This document shows, piece after piece, positions 15,426 through 20,000 of a stretch of 20,000 nt of DNA (positions are counted from its first letter, which is position 1; each line of letters begins with the position of its first letter). Made by a program: the position numbers and the translations under genes. The DNA comes from an uncultured virus (IMG/VR IMGVR_UViG_3300031994_000070) (lineage: Duplodnaviria > Heunggongvirae > Uroviricota > Caudoviricetes). The DNA lies in the IMG/VR virus record IMGVR_UViG_3300031994_000070. The stretch is one strand, 5' to 3'. The notes under the pieces were generated by a model. The model saw only the letters and a list, made by a program, of their open reading frames with translations, was not told where the DNA came from and did no database searches.

Positions 15426-15518
15426 ATGAAGTAGAGTTTATCCCTTCTCGTTATACTCTACCTAGGCTACGGCTTCTCGCTTATTGGGAATAGCCTTTCT
15501 TAATTTTTATTATAATTT

Positions 15519-15547
15519 ATTATACTATATTTTTTTTATTTTTGCAA
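15519..15547 (-). promoter_or_regulatory. sigmaA-type promoter of tRNA array
   Basis: TTGCAA-17-TATAAT. Confidence 0.75.
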
Positions 15548-15548
15548 G

Positions 15549-16409
15549 TTAATCGTCCAGTAAATTACTGAGATTAGCCACTTTTGACCTTTCTGTAGTT
15601 GGTAAGTTAACTACACTAACCATTCTGTTGCCCTTAAGCCTATCAATCATAAACGGCGTTCCATCTTCAAAGGTCTTGAATTTATTAACTCCATAATCAC
15701 TTTGCCTAAAATCACTTAAAAACCAAAGTTCAGACCCTTCACCGACACGGCCAATAATTAATTGGTATAAGTCCCTAGTTAAATTTTCGCTTTCATCACT
15801 AATAATAATGGAGTTATTAAAAGAACGGCCCCTAATAAACCCAAGAGGCACTGCTTCTAATTCATTAGAATTTAATAAGGTTTCTAACCCATCTAAACCG
15901 CCAACTACATCTGCTATTGGTAAAAGCCACGGTAATTGTTTATCATCAATTGTGCCGGGCAATGCGCCGATAGATTCAGTTCCCTTTACATTAATATTAT
16001 TCCTCAAATAAATTATTTTAGCAAAATGCCCACGCTCTATTAATTCTAATGCTTTATTTAATGTAAGGAAACTTTTACCAGAGCCATAAGTACCAGTAAA
16101 AATCTTTAATGGTGTAGTTCGGTCATCCAAAGCATCAAACATTAGCTTTTGTTCTGTATTACGAGGTTTAATTGTTTCAGTCCATTGGTTTTTGATAACG
16201 TGTCCGCCAATATGTACGAAATACCCGTCTTGTAATTTTAATAAATCCAGCACTTGACCTTGCTGGTCGCATAAAACAACATATTCATTCTCTAAAAAAT
16301 CACCTCTAATTGTGTTTTCTGAGTAGAATTCAGCAAGCTCTTCCTCGCTTAAACAAAGTCGCTGATACCCTGTATAGGTAGTACCATATTCATTATTCAT
16401 ATAACTCAC
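15549..16409 (-). CDS. phoH: PhoH-family ATPase
   Basis: PRNTEQ, GTYGSGKS, GALPG, FIRGRSF, DESENLT, GRVGEGS, D.RQSD and ERS motifs. Confidence 0.92.
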   Translation of the reverse strand: MSYMNNEYGTTYTGYQRLCLSEEELAEFYSENTIRGDFLENEYVVLCDQQGQVLDLLKLQDGYFVHIGGHVIKNQWTETIKPRNTEQKLMFDALDDRTTPLKIFTGTYGSGKSFLTLNKALELIERGHFAKIIYLRNNINVKGTESIGALPGTIDDKQLPWLLPIADVVGGLDGLETLLNSNELEAVPLGFIRGRSFNNSIIISDESENLTRDLYQLIIGRVGEGSELWFLSDFRQSDYGVNKFKTFEDGTPFMIDRLKGNRMVSVVNLPTTERSKVANLSNLLDD

Positions 16410-16492
16410 CCCTAAAAAATTAAGAAAAGCCGATGGCTTCTCCTAATAGTAATAATTTATGTCATATATTAATGAAAGTCAGGAAATTGTGA

Positions 16493-17872
16493 TTAATTTG
16501 AGTTACCCTCGTTTCTTGCTTGGTTATTCCAAGCTATAACACAAGAAGGACAAAGCCAGCGTCTATTTGTCGCATCATATATCATTTCATTACGATAATA
16601 CGTAGCACCGCACATCTGACACGAATATACCTCGGTTACAAAACAATCTTCGCAGACCGGCACTTCACCGCCCTTAATATAATACGCTTCATCTTCTGGT
16701 ATTTCAATACCGCAACAATCACAAATTACATACGGTTTAAATATATGGTGCTTTTCTCCACATCTTTGGCACACCATTTCATTATCTACTGGGGGCTTAT
16801 CATCGCAACAAATACAACGCACTTTTGACCCAAGTGTAAAATGAATTGGCTCACGCGAAGATGTGCGCCATGAATAATATGGCGTATAATAACTTGAATA
16901 TAGTAAATCGTCATAATGACGTGACCCTTCAACGTCAGTAATTAGGTCGTATTCATTATAGAACTTACCACCCATTGGAATTTGTGCTTGAGAATGATTA
17001 AATTCCATATACTCGCCAGAGCCGTCCTTATACTGGTATCTATCTAATTTGTCATTATGCCATTCACTCCAACGGTAAGGCTGATAATTTAACAACCGAA
17101 ATAGTATATCCCTAAAGATATACATCGCATTGTCTAGTATAAACGGATACTGCCTACCGGCATATAAGGCATTGTGTTCGTCAGCTAAAAAGAAAAGCAT
17201 ACGCCATTTTTTAGAGTTCCATGGCACTGTATCGGGGAAACGGGGTAATATTGTATTATCATCTTCCCCTTTAATATAGCAAATAATTGTAGATTTATCA
17301 CACATATATGATAAATTTCCAGCCTTATAATCGCCATCTAAGGCATGACAACTACGCCAGTTGTAGTTATTTTCGCTTATAGACAAATAATCGAGTGGAT
17401 GTACCGATATACATGGATACCCCTCAACCTTATCTTCTGCGATAATTGCGCTGGCGAGCTGCTGCACCTGAAATAGTAACTGCTCATCGTTGATAAAAAA
17501 TTTAAAAGACCGCAGTAATTTCATTCCTTTTGGAATTACTTCATCATTATATACATATTCTTCAGCGACGGTGTTGGAGAAAAACTCATCGACAGAGCGA
17601 GTAAGTAAATAACGTGACAACGCATATAACTCTAAATTGTTATATAGCGATGAAATAAAATTATCTAATTTAGCCTTCTTATTCTCCTCACTCATATGAA
17701 AAGTCATCTTATTAGGACTTTCATAAATTAGTTCTCCACCAAAAGCGTCGATAAAGAATTTCTTTGCATCATACCAGCGGTCTATTAAGCCAGTTAAATC
17801 TAAATCAGTAACACCTTGTGAATATTCTAAAACTTGTTCAACTTTATTTTTTATATCTTTTATTTCTTCCAT
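16493..17872 (-). CDS. hypothetical phage protein with C-terminal Cys-rich Zn-ribbon repeats
   Basis: 459-aa ORF; SVHPLDYLSISEN..WRSCH core; multiple CxxC pairs at C-terminus. Confidence 0.8.
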   Translation of the reverse strand: MEEIKDIKNKVEQVLEYSQGVTDLDLTGLIDRWYDAKKFFIDAFGGELIYESPNKMTFHMSEENKKAKLDNFISSLYNNLELYALSRYLLTRSVDEFFSNTVAEEYVYNDEVIPKGMKLLRSFKFFINDEQLLFQVQQLASAIIAEDKVEGYPCISVHPLDYLSISENNYNWRSCHALDGDYKAGNLSYMCDKSTIICYIKGEDDNTILPRFPDTVPWNSKKWRMLFFLADEHNALYAGRQYPFILDNAMYIFRDILFRLLNYQPYRWSEWHNDKLDRYQYKDGSGEYMEFNHSQAQIPMGGKFYNEYDLITDVEGSRHYDDLLYSSYYTPYYSWRTSSREPIHFTLGSKVRCICCDDKPPVDNEMVCQRCGEKHHIFKPYVICDCCGIEIPEDEAYYIKGGEVPVCEDCFVTEVYSCQMCGATYYRNEMIYDATNRRWLCPSCVIAWNNQARNEGNSN

Positions 17873-18998
17873 GTGTCTCCTCTACTTCTGGCATTTTTTC
17901 TTTTTTAATAAAAGTTTTTACCTTCAATGCGTTTTCGCATTCATGACACAGGGTTGAATTGGGATATTTGGGGTCAACCTGGAACGTCCTAAAACATCTA
18001 TCACACCAATTAAGTAATAACCCTTTATCAGAATTAGCGCAATCACAGCAACAATATTTCATCGTCCCGTCTAACATTAATACTGGGAAAATCTCTCTTT
18101 CAGGCTTTCCTTGTTTGCAATAATCGCAAGTATAAATGTGGTCGGGGTCATCAGAATATCCCCAATATTCCTGTACTGGGTCATCCTTTTCATAATCATA
18201 GTAATAGTCGTCGCCATACTGCCACGCATAATAACTCTCATAAGGGCCGCCGTATCCATATCCATAATAGCCAGAGTATACCATTGGTATATACTCAAAC
18301 GCAGGAAACTCAGGCTCTGATAAAATCGTGCTTACACGCTTTAAAGTATGATACATCTGGTCAACGTAAAGTTTTTCTGAAGAGGTATGTTCGTTAATAT
18401 ACCCTACAGATAAATTTACTCCCGCCATACCCCATACCGGGCATAACTCACAAATGTCGGTAAATGAGCCATAAGCCGTTTTAAAACCAAAACTCTGAAT
18501 GTACTGCTCAAAGTCTTCGTTATCACAATCATAAAATACGCAATCATTACCATTGCGCCTATCTAACTGAATGAGATAACTTAACTTGCCAAATGGATAT
18601 TCTTCATATGCGTTTGCTAATGCTAATGCGCCAATACATCCACTTTCCTCATCAGTTGTGAAGATTATATGGGGTCTGAAGCCTGCTTCTACAAGTTTCA
18701 TAATTAAAAATATGCCAACTTTATCGTCATAGCCTCCACCATCAAGGTTGAGCATCACGTTCTTACGCATATCATAAAACACTTCATGCTTAAGGTCGGC
18801 TTCCCATACTGTGTCCATATGAGCTACTAATCCTACTGGAATATCACCTTTTGCCACAATATATTGTGAATGAATGATATAGTCGGTATAATAGTCAGCG
18901 ACAAATTCTGCGAGAAAATGGCGTACTTGATTCTGCTTCATCAGCATTAATCTTTCAATTAACTTATAGTCTTTTTCTGTTAAAATTTGCTTTTGCAT
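17844..18998 (-). CDS. M20/M28-like zinc peptidase-fold protein with Tyr-rich linker and CxxC tail
   Basis: AHMDTV, GYDDKVG, TTDEESG, LDRR, NEH metal-binding motifs; promoter TTGAAA-17-TATAAT at 19030-19058. Confidence 0.8.
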   Translation of the reverse strand: MQKQILTEKDYKLIERLMLMKQNQVRHFLAEFVADYYTDYIIHSQYIVAKGDIPVGLVAHMDTVWEADLKHEVFYDMRKNVMLNLDGGGYDDKVGIFLIMKLVEAGFRPHIIFTTDEESGCIGALALANAYEEYPFGKLSYLIQLDRRNGNDCVFYDCDNEDFEQYIQSFGFKTAYGSFTDICELCPVWGMAGVNLSVGYINEHTSSEKLYVDQMYHTLKRVSTILSEPEFPAFEYIPMVYSGYYGYGYGGPYESYYAWQYGDDYYYDYEKDDPVQEYWGYSDDPDHIYTCDYCKQGKPEREIFPVLMLDGTMKYCCCDCANSDKGLLLNWCDRCFRTFQVDPKYPNSTLCHECENALKVKTFIKKEKMPEVEETHGRNKRYKK

Positions 18999-19083
18999 CT
19001 ACATTCTCCATTTTTTCTTTTATATTATTATTATAATATATTTTTTTTAATATTTCAACCTCACACGCATAAAAAAACGACTA

Positions 19084-19887
19084 CTAAATCGAGTCGTTTT
19101 CTTCAATCGCTGATTGCTTTTCTAATTTTTCTGCAAATTCTTTTAAAATGGCTGGGTTAGCTATGTCCAGCAAACGTCGGCAAATGTGGCATGGCGCCCC
19201 TGACTGACATCGTTGTCCACAATTTATCCTTCGTTGTGTTAAGTCTGACCGTAACAACCTATTATTGCCCGTATAGTTAAAATTTTGTATAAGCAATCTT
19301 AAGTCTGTTGGCCATTCTTTATCTTCCATATATACCCTATATAATGCTTGTTCTTGAGTTAATGTAACATTATCAAATTCAATAGTATCAATATATTTAT
19401 CGTATTCATCTATATCTTCTGGTCTAATCCATGTTCCAACAATTCCATCGGCACGAATCATGCCATCGTCATATGCAATATTAGGTACTGCACGAATAGG
19501 AACATTATATTGTTTTATCTTTGGTAAGTCAAAAAATAATGGGGCGTCTAATTTTATATAGCAAACGCCAAGGTTTAATAATGATTGTAACTGATAATAT
19601 GTTTGAACTTTATACCCCCAAAAGAACGGAATATCTAATCGTTGCATTATTTCATAATCTTCTAAATGTGCGATACAAACAATTAATTTACCACGAGATA
19701 AAATATTTCAATTAATTAAATCTTGTTCATTAAGTTGTTCTGTCGGCGGTACTTCTAATATTACATGTGCATCAGGATAAGCATCAAATAAGTCTGGTAA
19801 TGAGTTTCTGTCTCTAAATTCTACTTTAATTTCATCGGCTTTTTTAAGATAAGCAGATGATTGACGAGAACTTAAGCATACTTTCAT
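19084..19887 (-). CDS. hypothetical protein, 267 aa with one TGA=Trp, C-terminal 4-Cys cluster
   Basis: Track ORFs 19708..19893 and 19084..19647 are in frame, joined across TGA 19708-19710 by 20 sense codons; GGAGG RBS spacing favours ATG 19887; promoter TTGCCT-17-TATAAT at 19912-19940. Confidence 0.8.
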
Positions 19888-20000
19888 GAGCATACCTCCT
19901 TTGCTACAACTATTATATTAAATTAACTAAGCAAAGGCAAATAATTCCCAAAGGCTTTTTATTTTGGGGTGGACGGCAGTATTGGGCCCAGGCCGGCCGG

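Noticed and set aside
864..19715. Short plus-strand ORFs antisense to long genes, and 18077..18298
   Set aside because: Shadow or alternative frames of well-supported genes, with no RBS or motifs
1..20000. CRISPR array, integrase or transposase
   Set aside because: No regularly spaced direct repeats or recombinase motifs seen

Overview
AT-rich segment of what is very likely a large tailed phage of a walled Firmicutes/Bacillota-type host. It has many sigma-A-type TTG...-17-TATAAT promoters, two peptidoglycan hydrolases, a phage sigma factor, PhoH, an RNA ligase, a kinase/phosphoesterase pair and 13 tRNA genes. Almost everything is on the minus strand. Main observations: (1) TGA appears to be read as Trp. 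Seven in-frame TGAs interrupt five otherwise intact genes, including the amidase endolysin and a LamG protein, and confident genes end in TAA/TAG. (2) A tRNA-Asn(GUU) gene is split inside its anticodon by a 71-nt insert that itself folds as a CCA-ending cloverleaf (a tRNA nested in a tRNA). (3) A 79-nt tmRNA-like RNA has only the tRNA-like domain and is followed at its discriminator base by a minimal HDV-like (theta-type) ribozyme. (4) A ~610-nt highly structured ncRNA (ROOL-like candidate) heads the same RNA operon. (5) A further CCA-ending non-tRNA RNA sits in the tRNA array. All calls were made by eye; no searches or folding programs were run.
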